NCBI RefSeq assembly: GCF_006345805.1
Contig: NC_042998.1
Location: 162,502,001-162,566,000, forward strand
Origin: Octopus sinensis
Taxonomy: Eukaryota
Direction of reading: 5' to 3'
Length of the DNA stretch: 64,000 bases
The notes beneath the pieces were generated by a model. That model was not told the origin of the DNA, ran no database searches, and saw only the letters and a list, made by a program, of their open reading frames with translations. The position numbers were made by a program, and so were the translations under genes. Each line of letters starts with the position of its first letter. Position 1 is the stretch's first letter. Positions 50,934 to 63,605 of this stretch are shown piece by piece.

Positions 50934-51308
50934 ACATTAAAATTTCTATGCTGGCTCAAAGTTCTTGTAGTTAACCATGTAAGTAGATGTACTTAACAAG
51001 AAATGTAATATACGGATGTGCATTCACTTGATCTCAACAGAATTTTTAACAGTTGTCAAACTAACACTAAATGCAAATTAGTTTGTAAGCTAATCAACAT
51101 TTTCTATGAGGTAAATGGAGATTGGTATTAGTTGATATACCAAAAACTAAAGTCACTGCAACACCTGAGATATTTTGCCAAAAATTTGGCAGTGGTGGAA
51201 TATACTCCCAAGATTCATTCCATAGCACGAATACACATGTTCTAAATATATTATTTTACTTTTGGTATCTTGTGATCTTTTAACATTGGTATTTTGTGAT
51301 TTTTTAGT

Positions 51309-51631
51309 GTGAAGGCACATGGCTTAGTGGTTAGGGCATTTGGCTTATGATCGCAAGGTCATGAATTCAATTCCCAGTGGCACGTTGTGTCCTTATGCAA
51401 GATACTTTATTTCATAGTGCTCCAGTCCACTCAGTTGGCAAAAATGAGTAGTATCTGTATTTCAAAGGGTCAGCCTTGTCACACACTGAGTCACATTGAC
51501 TCTCCCTGAGAACGACGTAAGGGTACACATGTCTGTGGAGTGCTCAACCACTTGCATGTTTTCTTCATAAGCTGACTGTTCTGTTGATCAAATCAACTGG
51601 AAACTTTGTCGTCATAACTGACAGAGTGCCA
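51309..51631 (+). mobile_element. SINE family C, full length, tail type 1
   Basis: Head GGCACATGGCTTAGTGGTTAGGGCA...GAATTCAATTCCC with A/B-box-like motifs, plus body and tail. Confidence 0.9.
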
Positions 51632-52154
51632 GCATTGGTATTGTATTTGGTGTAAAGTGAAGTGTACTAAATTTACTTGTGTGGGAACGTTAAATGCTAA
51701 AGACATGATACTTTGGTTCAATAACAGCTAGTTTAGTCCATCATATTTACAACTTTAGAGTGTAATAGAATGATTTTCTATTTAATTAGGAAAGACTTAA
51801 TTGTTGTAGCTAAGGGGCAGACCATAAAATAACAACAATAACTACAAATAAAATTTAATGCTATCTCACTTCAAGTTGAAAGACTGACACCTTTTTTCCA
51901 GGATCAATAGATTGATTTATTCTAAGAAAGAATTGTCACAGGAATTAGTAAGCTATTGATGGATGAACATTGGAAGGAGTCAGATTGGTAATGAACTGAG
52001 AGAGGAACTTCTGAGAAGTCAATCAACTTGCTAGAAGAAGCAGAAAAATCTCTATAGAACTACATTCTCACTTCACTGTCTTTAAAAAACAAAGAACATG
52101 TTGGATAATGTAAACTTAGATAAGCTATGTTTAACTAAAAGTAAAAATAAATAT

Positions 52155-53440
52155 AGGCATAGGTGTGGCTGTGTGGTAAGAAGTTTGCTTCCAAACCACA
52201 TGGTTTGAGTTCAGTCCCACTGTGTGGAACCTAGGGCAAGTGTCTTCTACTATAGCCTAGGGCTAACCAGAGCCTTGTGAATGGATTTGGTAGGCTGAAA
52301 CTAAAAGAAGCCCATCGTATACATATGTATATACATATATAGGGTGTCCCAAAAATCACTGATGGTTTCAATTTTTAATAACTTCCTTAACTCTACAAAT
52401 AAAGGCATGAAATTTTGATACAATATAAAGGACACAATGGAAATTAATATGCACAAATCAGATTTTGCAACACCACTACATCACATATGAAACATGACAT
52501 CACTTAAATGGCAGCCATTTTCGGCTTCACATGTCCATGCTCTTTCCAAAACTTGCACTATAACACCCTCAGATCCCACTTTCTCTATTGATATTCTCCT
52601 ACAGTTGCACTAGGGTCTCCAGTTTGCTGACATAAACCCTCTCTTTCAGGTATCCATCATTGAGACATTTTTGTGCCTGGCCATTCAATGTAGACCTCAC
52701 ACATGGTTCCAGCAAGATGGGATAATTGCTCATACCACAAGAGAAACAATGCAATTGCTAGGGCAGTGCTTTGGAGAGAGAATAATCTCCCTCTACTGCA
52801 ATGTCAACTGGCCTTCATCTAGACTTGACTAGCCCAGATTTTTTCTTGTGGAGATACCTGAAAGAGAAGGTTTACATTAATAAACCAGAGACCCTGCTGC
52901 AACTGAAGAACATCAACAGAGAAATCAGAGAAGTGGGGTCTGAAATCCTCGAGGGTGTTATTGTGCAAGTTTTGGAAAGAGCACGGGCGTGAGAAGTTGA
53001 AAATGGTTTCCATTCAAGCGACGTCCTTTTTCAGATGTGATGTAGTGGTGCTGCAAAATTAAACTAATGCATATTAATTTCCATTATGTCCTTTATTTAT
53101 TTGTAAAGTTAAGGAAGTTATTAAAAATTGAAACCCATCAGTGACTTTTAGGACACCCTGTATATATGTGTGAAAGTGTGTGAATATGTGTATATGTGTA
53201 TATGTGTGAGTATGTCTTTGTTTCTGTGTTTGTCCCCCAACCACTACTAACTGACAACCAGTGTTGGTGTTTTTACATCCCTGTAACTTAACGGTTCTGC
53301 AACAGAGACCAACAGGATAAGCACCAGGTTAAAAAAAAGAAGAAAAAACCACTATAGTCGATTAGTTTGACTAAGATTCTTCAAGGTGGTGTCCCAGTAT
53401 ATCTGCAGCTTAGTGTGTAAAATAAATAAAAGATAAAAAG
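52155..53440 (+). mobile_element. SINE family A split by a mariner foldback inserted in its internal (TA)n
   Basis: Head 52155-52320, tail 53210-53440. Confidence 0.8.
52340..53160. mobile_element. Tc1/mariner-derived foldback element made of two transposon 3' ends
   Basis: Arms about 52340-52654 and 52853-53160 are inverted, with termini AGGGTGTCC...GGACACCCTG|TA. The plus strand encodes WFQQDG..AHT...NW/DLTSPDFFLWRYLKEKVYINKPETL. Confidence 0.88.
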
Positions 53441-55159
53441 ATAAAAGGACAAATAGATGAAGGTCCATGATTGGAAAGTCTTTTTAAAACAGGCCTGCTG
53501 TATTAAAACAGATTAGGGTTCAATTACTATTACAGAAAACAAAAAAAAAACCAACCGATGTGAAACTCCCCACCACCATTTGATTGGTTTTGTGTACATC
53601 CCAATAAGTTAGTGGCTTGTTACATCCAGCATTGGTTTGTTTACGTTCCCATAACTTAGTGGTTCCACAATAAGAGACCAATAGAATGAGTACTAGGCTT
53701 TAACAAAAAATAAGTACTGGGGTCGATTCATTCAACTAAAAGTGTTCAAAGGCAGTGCTCCAGCATGGCCACAGTTTAATGACTGAAACAGATAAAACAA
53801 CAATAACAATAACAACAACAACAACACTTCAGATTGGAAACAAAAACTAATTATATCTATGAGAAGAATGACATATCTATCTTTAATCATATATCCATGA
53901 TGGTAAAATAGATATTACTGCTTCAACTAAAACACTTTGCCAAAGAAATGAAGCCTGTTTTTCTTTATTTCTTGTATGTCTTTTGTTTTTTGAAAAATCT
54001 CCACCTCAAAACTTTGTCGGATTACTAGGTTTTTACATGTTGGAAATGACGAATATGCTAAAAAAAAAAAAGAAAAATTTTTCAAATTAAATAATAAAGT
54101 ATTAGTGCACATGTCACACAGAATGGTCTTTTTGTTTTTTAGAAAAGTATCATTTCAAGTTGAATATTAAGTGCTTATCTTTTTTTTTCATAGGTCCAAG
54201 TATGGAATGGGCCCACATGTTGTATAGTTAAGAAATTTGCTTCCCACCTGTATGGTTTTGGATTCAATTCAACTGTGTGGAACCTTAGATAAATATCTTC
54301 TACTATAGCCCCCAGGCCAACCAAAACCTTGTGAATGAATTTGGTAGGCTATCATATATAAATAGGAGTGTATATGGAGGGAGATATTTTGTTGTCTTGA
54401 CATCATATGATGGCTGTAGAGGAGTGTCGGTATTGTTTTCCATGTCATTCATTTTTTTTTTCATGTTGTTCATTTCTTCCATGTTCTTCATTTCCCCTAT
54501 ATAAACATGTCCAGTCATGGGGAAATATTACCTTCCTGAGAAACAGGAGAAAGTTGGCAACAGGAAGGGCATCCAGCTGTAGAAAATCCACCTCAGTGAA
54601 TTCTGTCCTATGCAATGCAAGCACAGATAAAATAGATCAATAGCAACATTTTCCTTTCATGGCAAAATATGCACCTAATTCAATAAAATCATGAAGGCTT
54701 CTCTGATTACTATGTGTAAAATGCAAAATATATAATTTTTTTATAGATTAGGTAGGCATAATGCATCCCTGCTTTTCAGTCTCAGTTCTAAGCTATGCAT
54801 AATACTGCTGTAGTACACATGCAACATTCATTCCTACAACAGCGTTTTCTTTACGTTCTATAAAGGCAGAAGTAAATCTGCCTACAACTCAGTTGCATGC
54901 CTGTGTTTCACTTATTTTTTGTATGTTTTACTACATAAAGGTCACCAACTGCTTACTCTGAGTATTTACTGATGGCGCGTGCCTGCATTAAAACAATGGT
55001 GATGATGATTACCATATGTATAAAAATGGTGACGTGTTTTCAAGATGCGCAGGCATTCAAATTTCACTTCTTAAAGATTCATAGTAAACTTCAATCCTTC
55101 TTGTAGAGTGTCATACGAGAATCATAGACTCAAAATATGAATCCCTGCTTTATTTCATA

Positions 55160-55800
55160 GCACACTGGGCAAAATGCTTAGTGGTATTTCGTCTGTCTTT
55201 ACATTCTGAGCTCAAATTCCTCCGAGGTCAACTTTGCCTTTCGTCCTTTTGGGGTCGATAAATTAAGTACCAGTTGCATACTGGGGTCAATCTAATCGAC
55301 TGGCCTCCCTCCCCAAAAATTTCAGGCCTTGTGCCTAGAGTAGAAAAAAATATTATTTCCATCTAGATTTTATTCTTTACTATTAATGTAATTTTGACAT
55401 TTAAGGAAATGTGAGCTGGTAGAATCATTAGCATGTCAGGCACAGTGCTTTGCAGCATTGCCTTTACTCGTTTTGGGGGTCAATAAAATAAATAGCAAAC
55501 CAGTTGAGTACTGGGCTCGATGTAATTGACTTAACCCTTTGCCTGAAACTACTGGTCTTGTGCTAAAATTTGAAACCAAAGGCAGTGAGCTGGCTGAATC
55601 ATTAGCATGTTGGAAAAAAAGTTTGTGAGCATTTTGTCTGTCTTTACATTATGAGTTCAAATTCTATCAAGGTCGACTTTGTCTTTCATCCTTTCAGAGT
55701 CAATAAGATAAGAAGCAGCTGAGTACTAAGGTTGATGTAATTGACTTACCCACTTCTCCAGAATTGCTGGTCTTGTGCCAAACTTTGAAATCAATATGAT
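55160..55800 (+). mobile_element. Three head-to-tail SINE family B copies
   Basis: The module recurs at about 55160-55345, 55405-55580 and 55580-55795. Confidence 0.8.
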
Positions 55801-56339
55801 TTTGTTGTTTAGCCCCAGGTCAACCTTAAGCTGATCCATAATCAAAAGCATTTCATGCCATCTGTTATCTTTTGTTTTTCTCAGATATTGTGTAGTCGGT
55901 TGGTATAGTCATTTGCATATCAGATAGAATGTCTTGCAATACTTGTTCTTGTCTTTGGACTCTGAGTTCAAAAACCATTCAGATTAACTATGACTTTTAT
56001 CATTCTGAGGTCAATAGATGAAGTACCTAACAAAAACTGGGAAGATTATTTTCTCTTTTTTATAGGAAATAAATAAATCATGCTGTGAGAAGAATGATGA
56101 GAGGCCATCATACATAATATACTTCTCTCTATAAATAGGAAAATTTGATTGAGGGACAAGAAACATCTGCTTCTAAAAATAAAGTAAAACAAAAAAAAAG
56201 AAAGCTTCCCATGCTTCTGAAATTATCCAAGAATGAATTAGAATGTGGCACAACAGAGAACAAAAATGCAAGAAGAAAATATCATGTATCTAATTTTACT
56301 TGCTTGCATCATGCTCTTGCATGATGGAGTGGGGGCGGT

Positions 56340-56505
56340 GGGTGGAGTTCATCCCAGGTTAATGGTCCCAGAGGCATCATCATGCAAAAATCTGATCAAG
56401 TCCACCAACGCTTTCCATTGCTGGCAGTCCCATGCCAGCCTGTCTACATCCTCCAAGGTGATGTCAAGCCTCTGGAGATCTTTCCCAATCACATCCAGCC
56501 ATATT
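56340..56505 (-). mobile_element. RTE LINE extreme 3' fragment
   Basis: Minus strand IWLDVIGKDLQRLDITLEDVDRLAWDCQQWKALV matches the RTE W.D.I..DL......A.DR..W..LV terminus pattern. Confidence 0.7.
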
Positions 56506-57152
56506 ATATTATTCAAATTAATCTTAGATATCATAATTTTTGAGATGGTTGGGTGTGATATAAGGGATATTTGGGTACCATTTCTGACAGCTAAGTAACA
56601 ACACAGAGTCTACTTAGCTGTATGTTTTTACAATCTGCAAAAATTTCTCCTGATTTTCCAGGAACTAAGTGGAGGAAATACATGTGTCTAAATCTATTGG
56701 ATATTTTTCTGAAGTAAATTAGGGTTAATTAACACAAGCTACCAAAGATTTAATCATAAAAATACTGATTTCAGATCTAGACATAAAACCTTCAATTGTG
56801 AAACACTTTCAGTGTTTATAACAGAGGAGATGAAAATGGCATATAACACTTAACTTGGTGCATGGAACTGTTCTGAAATAAATGTTTTAGTTGGGGACAC
56901 AGCATGGCACCATTTAAATGATACAAAATGTTGACCGCTTGCCATTTTATCAACAACAACAACACCAAGAACTACAACAACAACATATCAACTTCACCAG
57001 CTGGAACTCATCATAAGCTGCAGAAATATGAAGACACTTCAAATTAGTCCTTCATCGAGTTGTTTACCAGCTTCCATCTTTATGCGTTTCTCTCTCCATC
57101 TTCGTCATCTCAGCCTCCACCCATTCCATTCTTGCCTCTCTTTCCATCACTT

Positions 57153-57154
<2 letters not shown>

Positions 57155-57195
<41 letters not shown>

Positions 57196-57258
57196 TATAT
57201 ATATATTATATATATATATATATATAACTTGCTCCTATTTCTCACCCTTTCTCTATAA

Positions 57259-57304
<46 letters not shown>

Positions 57305-57305
57305 T
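57155..57305. repeat. (CT)n/(TA)n microsatellites
   Basis: Visible. Confidence 0.9.
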
Positions 57306-58296
57306 GTGCCTCTTCCTGTTCATTCTCTCTCTGTCTATCTCTGGAACAATCCAGGTGTTTCTGTATCTTCCTCATTTACTAATGTTTTCATTGGCATTTC
57401 AAGTCACATGGACCACTAAGCATTAACCAATTCTGACGTTCTTCAACCAAACTATTGCCAAAATATCTTTGGCACTGTTATGTGTGTATGCGTGTGTACT
57501 ATATACACACACGTGTGTGGGTGTGTGTAGGTGTGTGCATATATTATAAGCAAGAATATGTATATTTGTGTGAGTGTGTATACATATGCACACACACAAA
57601 CATAAAAACACACATGTATGCACATATATATGTATGTGAGTTTGTATATATGTATGTGTGAGCAAATATATATACATGTTTTTTCTATATATATATATAT
57701 ATATATATATATCTATATATATGTACCTTATATATAAATAATTTTAATATATATATTCCTATATATATATATGTATACATATATATATATGTATGTATGT
57801 ATATGTATATATATATATATATATACACACACATATATATGTGTATATATATATATATGTGTATATATATATATGTGTGTGTGTGTGTATATATATGTGT
57901 GTATATATAGATGTCTATATCTATATCTATATCTATATATATATTTATATATTCCTTATCTATGATTCTCTAAAATTGTCACCAATTATAAATGCGGAGA
58001 ATTTCTTTCCTCTTTCTGTCTGGCATCTCATGTACAACTAATACTTCTTCGTTTCTTTACAGTTGTTGAGTCTTTGTATATTTTGGGAGCTAAGAAGCAT
58101 TCCAGCCATTTCTTACCATTCCAGCTATACACCTATTTAAATTATTTTCAGTGAAGCTTTTCTCCTAAGTCCAGGTAAAGGTTCAGAGAGTTACTACTTC
58201 TGTTGGCAACAAAAGGATTCTCTCTCTAACTCTCTCTCTCTCACTCTCAATCAATCACTCACTCTCTCGCTCACTTACTCACTCACTCACTCACTA

Positions 58297-58755
58297 TGAT
58301 GCTTATGTACAAAGTGCAATGTTGCATAGTAGCGGAACATGAGTGTTGAATGGTGAGGATATTTGAATGCTGGAAAGAAATGAGGCAAGCATGCTCTGAT
58401 GGATGTGTAATGTTTGTATAAATGAATGACAGAGCACAAGTGAGCAAAATGTAAAGCGAAGGTTAAGAAAATCAGATCTAGTGTGATAGACGGAAGACTG
58501 AACTGGTATGAGCATGTGAGGTATATGGAGGATGATGGTTGGTTAAAGAAATGCATAGGGATTTAAATGGATGGATCCTGTGGTAAAAGGTTGATGAAGG
58601 AAGATATGGAATGAAGTGATGAAAGTAGATTTCAGGAGGTTTGAACCACGTGAAGGAAATGGTGAAGAAACACAACAAATAGTGACATACAGTGCCAGTG
58701 TCCTATGTAGACAAGGGATAAAAACAAAGGTGAAAAGACAATGATTAAGATGATT
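58297..58755 (+). mobile_element. RTE LINE 3' fragment, decayed
   Basis: DAYVQSAMLHSSGT*VLNGEDI*MLERNEASML*WMCNV...RLNWYEHVRYMEDDGWLKKC; homologous to 4568-4700. Confidence 0.82.
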
Positions 58756-59519
58756 GTGTGTGTGCATCCATATGCACACACACATACATATATATATATA
58801 TCTATATGCACACTCACACACAAACACACACTCTCCCTCACATGCTCATACCCTATCTCTCTCCCCTCACACACATACACACACACACACAAACATTGAT
58901 ACACATACATGAACAAAATTGAAAACACGACATCAGTTGTTATAATTTGTGAAATTTTAGTTCCCAAATAAAATGAAATAATAGATACTAACATACCTAT
59001 AGACATTGCCAGATTCAGCTCTTGATGAGACCTTAGGGAATATAAAGCATGGAGGTCTCTTGTTAAAAAAATTACTTCAGTACATCTCATAAAAATTAAA
59101 AACATATACGCCTTCTAATTATTTCGAAGTCCCTGTAGATTTCCAGGTCCTTTGTTGAAGTTTGTTTAGCCTATATCTAAATCCAGCCCTGCTTGTAGGC
59201 ACTGGTGTAGGTGAATGTCTAAGAAGTTTGCTTTCCAGACAATATTTTGAATGTTGATACTCAGCTTTTATATAACAAAAAAATTTTAAAACATGACAGA
59301 GAGAGAGGAGAGTATGTAAGGGTGACCCAGCATTCAAGCCACAATCCTTCTGTCGTTTTTGTTTCATGTCTAGTGTAACAAGGACTATACTGTCCAATGT
59401 ACTCTTGCCTTTTTATAATGGTGGGAATGATTTGAGGGACATTTGGCTGGTATTTCTAGCAGATCAAACTGTGGTTCCACCCTTTCCACAGCCAAGAACT
59501 TCATTTTATTTAAGGCCTA

Positions 59520-59690
59520 GGTGCTGCCTTGGCAGTGTGGTAAGAAGTTTGCTTCCCAACCACATGAATCCAGGTTCAGTCCCATTGCATGACACCTTAG
59601 GCAAGTGTTTTGTACTAAAGCCTCAGGCCGACTAAGAGCCTTGTGAGAAGGTTTGGTAGATGGAAACTAAAAGAAGCCTGTCATATATAT
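59520..59690 (+). mobile_element. SINE family A, 5' half
   Basis: GGCAGTGTGGTAAGAAGTTTGCTTCCCAACCAC...AAAGAAGCCTGTC. Confidence 0.85.
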
Positions 59691-59694
59691 ATAT

Positions 59695-60055
59695 CATCAT
59701 CATCATCGTTTAACATCCGTTTTCCATGCTAGCATAAGTTGGACGGTTTGACTGGGGACTGGCAAGCCAGGAGGCTTCGCTAGGCTCCAACCTGATCTGG
59801 CAAATGTTTCTACTGCTGGATGCCCTTCCTAACACCAACCCTTCCGAGAGTGTAGTGGGTGCTTTTTGCGTTCCACTGGCATGAGAGCCAGTCAGGCAGC
59901 ATTAGCATCAGTCACATTCGGATGGTGCTTTTTACATGCTACCAGCACAGGAGCCAGTTGGGGCAGTGGGGCTGGCATCAACCACGTTTGGATGGTGGTT
60001 TTTGCATGCCACCGGCATGGGAATACAGTCAGGTAGCACTGGCAATGATGCTTAT
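59695..60055 (-). mobile_element. SINE family D
   Basis: Colinear with 28203-28540. Confidence 0.85.
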
Positions 60056-60539
60056 TGCGTGCATATATATATATAGATATATATACAGGTATGTGTGATT
60101 GTGTATAGAAGAATATATTAATAAAAGGAATTCCAACCTTGTCTGATTTTCACGTTTTATTTACAATCTTATAATGATATAATACAAGATAATATAATAT
60201 AATAAAATAAGATAAAATAATAGAATGTTAAATGTTCATTCTGATTGAACTAGTACTTTCATGCATTAAATTCTGCAATCTTCAGGTTCATGTAGTAGTG
60301 GTGGCAGTCATGCTTCACAATTTTTGACTATATATATATATATATACAGGGTGTGGTGAATAAACTGTCGTCTAAATTATGCAAAAATTAAACTAACTCT
60401 GACATCTCGTTTTAACAGATATATTTACCAAAATTACCTAAAAAATCTTGAAATACTAAAGAGTAAATTTATTCAATAAAATCACCATTCACTATTCACA
60501 TCAACCACAGCAAATCAACCTCAATACTTATTGTTTTTA

Positions 60540-60855
60540 TATTTTCAATGACAGTACTTATTCTATTGGTTCTTCCACTAAATTGCTAAGTTACAGGGAT
60601 GTAAAAAAACCAACACTGTGTTTCAAGCAGTGTTGGGGGGGGGGACAAACACTAACACACATATTGTACATGCATACATGTATTCATTCACTCACACATA
60701 TGACAGGCTTCCATACAGTTTTTAGCAACCACATTCACTCACAAGGCTTTGGTTGGCTTGGGGTTATAGTAGAAGACACTTGCCTAAGGTGCCATGCCGA
60801 GGAACTAAACCCCAAACCATGGAGTTGCAAGCAAGCTTCTTAACAGTCATGCCTG
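60540..60855 (-). mobile_element. SINE family A
   Basis: Partial tail plus head in reverse complement. Confidence 0.8.
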
Positions 60856-61104
60856 TCACTAAATATACAATTAAATAAATGGCAGTATTTAAAAAAATAT
60901 TATTTTTTTAATGAGATAATTGATACTGTCTTGTTGGTGCTATGCTTTAAGTTTCTGGTTCAATAACTGATACTTTTAATTGTTGATCAGGTTCCATATT
61001 TGTTCTGCTTCTGTATTTTGACTTTATACAAAGCAGCTGGGAGAAAACATGCTCTATCTGTCTGTCTGTTTTTGTCTATCTGTCTCTGCCTATCTGTCTG
61101 TTGG

Positions 61105-61135
<31 letters not shown>

Positions 61136-61141
61136 AACACA

Positions 61142-61210
<69 letters not shown>

Positions 61211-61879
61211 ACTCATGCATTCATGCTCAAATGCACATATAAAGAGAGAAATTTTTTTAAATATTGATCACAGCTCAAGAACCCTCAGGAGGGGAACTGC
61301 TGGCATAGAAGCACTCACTTTGGCTTGAGTGTAAGATTGTGTTGTAGAAATTTAGCTCCAGGTCAGCCTTGATCCAGTAGACACCTATGATGAAATCCAT
61401 TCAACCACAATCATCCTGTTCTATTTTTGTTTTATCAGATATAGCATATCTTGGGCTAGTGTCCAAGGAATGCAATTTGAAGAAGATTTGGCTTTTATTT
61501 CTAGCATGTTGAGAAATCATAGAGAGGTTTCCTCATGGCTACTCATTAATTAAAATATGTTAGTAAAAACATTTGCTTAGCTTCAGAGGGTTCAGAAGTA
61601 CTAGAAATTATTGATTTAAATTTTGACACAATTTAAAGGTAGGAGTAAGTTGATTACATTGACCCTACTACTCAAATGCTAATTATTTTATCAAACCCTG
61701 AAAGCATGAAAGGCAAAGTTGACTTTGGTGGAATTTGAAATCAGAATGTGAAAACAAAATGTTGCTAAGCATTTTGTCCAGTGTGCAAACAATCCTGCCA
61801 GCTCACCATTGCTCATGGCAGGTCATTAGACTTTGTAAATGCTCATCAGCTTTGTTATAAACAATATGTGATTTCATTG

Positions 61880-62030
61880 GTTCTGAAGAGAAAATTCACG
61901 ACCAGCAGCCCCTCACAACTACTATATGCTGATGATGTTGCCCTTACAGTGGATTCCATATCAGAGCTAGATGAAAAATTCCAAGTGTGGAAGCAAAACC
62001 TGGAACCTAAGGGCCTCAAGATTAACTTAA
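61880..62030 (+). mobile_element. RTE RT catalytic-site fragment
   Basis: QLLYADDVALTVDSISELDEKFQVWKQNLEPKGLKINL contains the YADD motif. Confidence 0.8.
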
Positions 62031-62195
62031 TATACACACACACGATGGGCTTCTTTCAGTTTCCATCTACCAAATTCACTCACAAGGCTCTGTGTATAAC
62101 AAATAACTAATTTTCCAAAATGTGAGAGGCTGTATCTCGTAGACTTAAACATAAAACAGGTTCTAGTAAGCAAGAAAACTGATAGGACCTCCCAT

Positions 62196-62270
62196 GGGCA
62201 TATGGCGTAGTGGTTAAGAGCGCAGGCTACTTACCCCAAGATTCTGAGTTTGATTCAAGGCAGTGACCTA

Positions 62271-62327
<57 letters not shown>

Positions 62328-62520
62328 AATATTAATTAATAATAAGAACAACAACATTGGAAAAAAAACTTTAAGAATGAGAACCCAGGTTTGAAATTTC
62401 TCCAAGACATCTGAAAAAGGCTGGAGGGTATATCAGCCGAAACGTTGTGAGGACAAATATCCGTTGAATGTAAATAATGTAAATAATGTACATAATTCCT
62501 CATCTCTTAAATATAGAACT
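62196..62520 (+). mobile_element. Family H SINE (tRNA head/(AAT)n/HHR tail)
   Basis: Head GGGCATATGGCGTAGTGGTTAAGAGCG; HHR region GACAT CTGAAAA A GGCTG...CAGCC GAA ACGT T GTG at 62406-62449. Confidence 0.85.
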
Positions 62521-62688
62521 GGATCTGGTAGCTTTAAACATGAAACTGGTAGAATATTTGGGCCAAATACTCTAAATGGCTAATATAAACTTTTAAAGTG
62601 AAATATATGACCAAATCTTATAATGGGTTGCAATATAGTCCAACATAAGAAAATAATTATTAGCAAGAGAAGCATTATCAATACCAAA

Positions 62689-63194
62689 AGGCAATCTTTA
62701 TATCCAACTTAATGTGGTTATATTGTTAGAGTGCCAAATACTGCATTATTTACCTTGCATAAAAAGCACCCACATCTCTATTGTTGGCAGATTAGAATCA
62801 TTTACTACAAGTGCTGAAACTGCCAGATCATGTTATTTCAATGTGCTTAGTCTCTTCAGTGGCAGACATCATATAGCAGCATAACTGTCAAATATCACTG
62901 TCACCAATAGATGGAACTTTAATGCCTTTTCTTTTACTGATGTTATAAATGACCAGCATGCTTAGTGAAAAATAATTAGGGACAGAAGCAATCTATATAT
63001 CCAACTTAATGTGGATGTTTTGTTAGAATGCCAAATACTGCATTATTTATCTTGAGAGGACCTTTCATATGGTTTCATAAATATGAGTGCTTTTATGCAC
63101 CATGCGTCCATATGAGAGGTCTTCTCAAGGTAAATAATGCAGTATTTGGAGTTCTAATAAACTATCTATGAAAAGTAAGATATAAAGATTGCCT
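62689..63194. mobile_element. TIR element (MITE-like) with a second internal left TIR
   Basis: AGGCAATCTTTATATC...CCAAATACTGCATTATTTACCTTG at 62689 and again at 62987; reverse complement at about 63108-63194. Inner hairpin arms are 63023-63072 / 63108-63157. Confidence 0.7.
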
Positions 63195-63299
63195 ATAAGA
63201 GAATAGAGCTAAAGGGGATGCAATAGAGTTGAAGAAGCTTGAAGTGATATTAATAAAGAGTAAAGGCCCCCTTCAGTCAGGAATGATCATGGGATTGCA

Positions 63300-63605
63300 C
63301 CTACAAAGTTACCCTCCGAGACACAAGTCTGGGCAAGGTTGTTTATGGAAGACTAGCAGTTGTCCATGCATACCAGCCTCCCCTCTCAACACCACCAATG
63401 TTGTCCAAGGGAAAGGCAAGTGCTGATACAGCTTGGCACCAGTGGCATTGCAACTCATTTCTACAGCTGAGTGAAGTGGAGTAATATGAAATAAAATGTC
63501 TTGCTCAAGAACACAACACATAGCCTGGTCTGGTCCGGGAATTGAACTCATTACCTCATGATTGTGAGCCTGACTCTCTAACCACTGAGCCATGTGCCTT
63601 TGCTA
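63300..63605 (-). mobile_element. SINE family C head with tail type 2
   Basis: Head AGGCACATGGCTCAGTGGTTAGAG...GAGTTCAATTCCC; tail as in 33375-33500. Confidence 0.85.

Noticed and set aside
60347-60520. Third mariner-like element starting TA|CAGGGTGTGG
   Set aside because: Only one TIR-like end is visible, with no partner TIR or transposase sequence.
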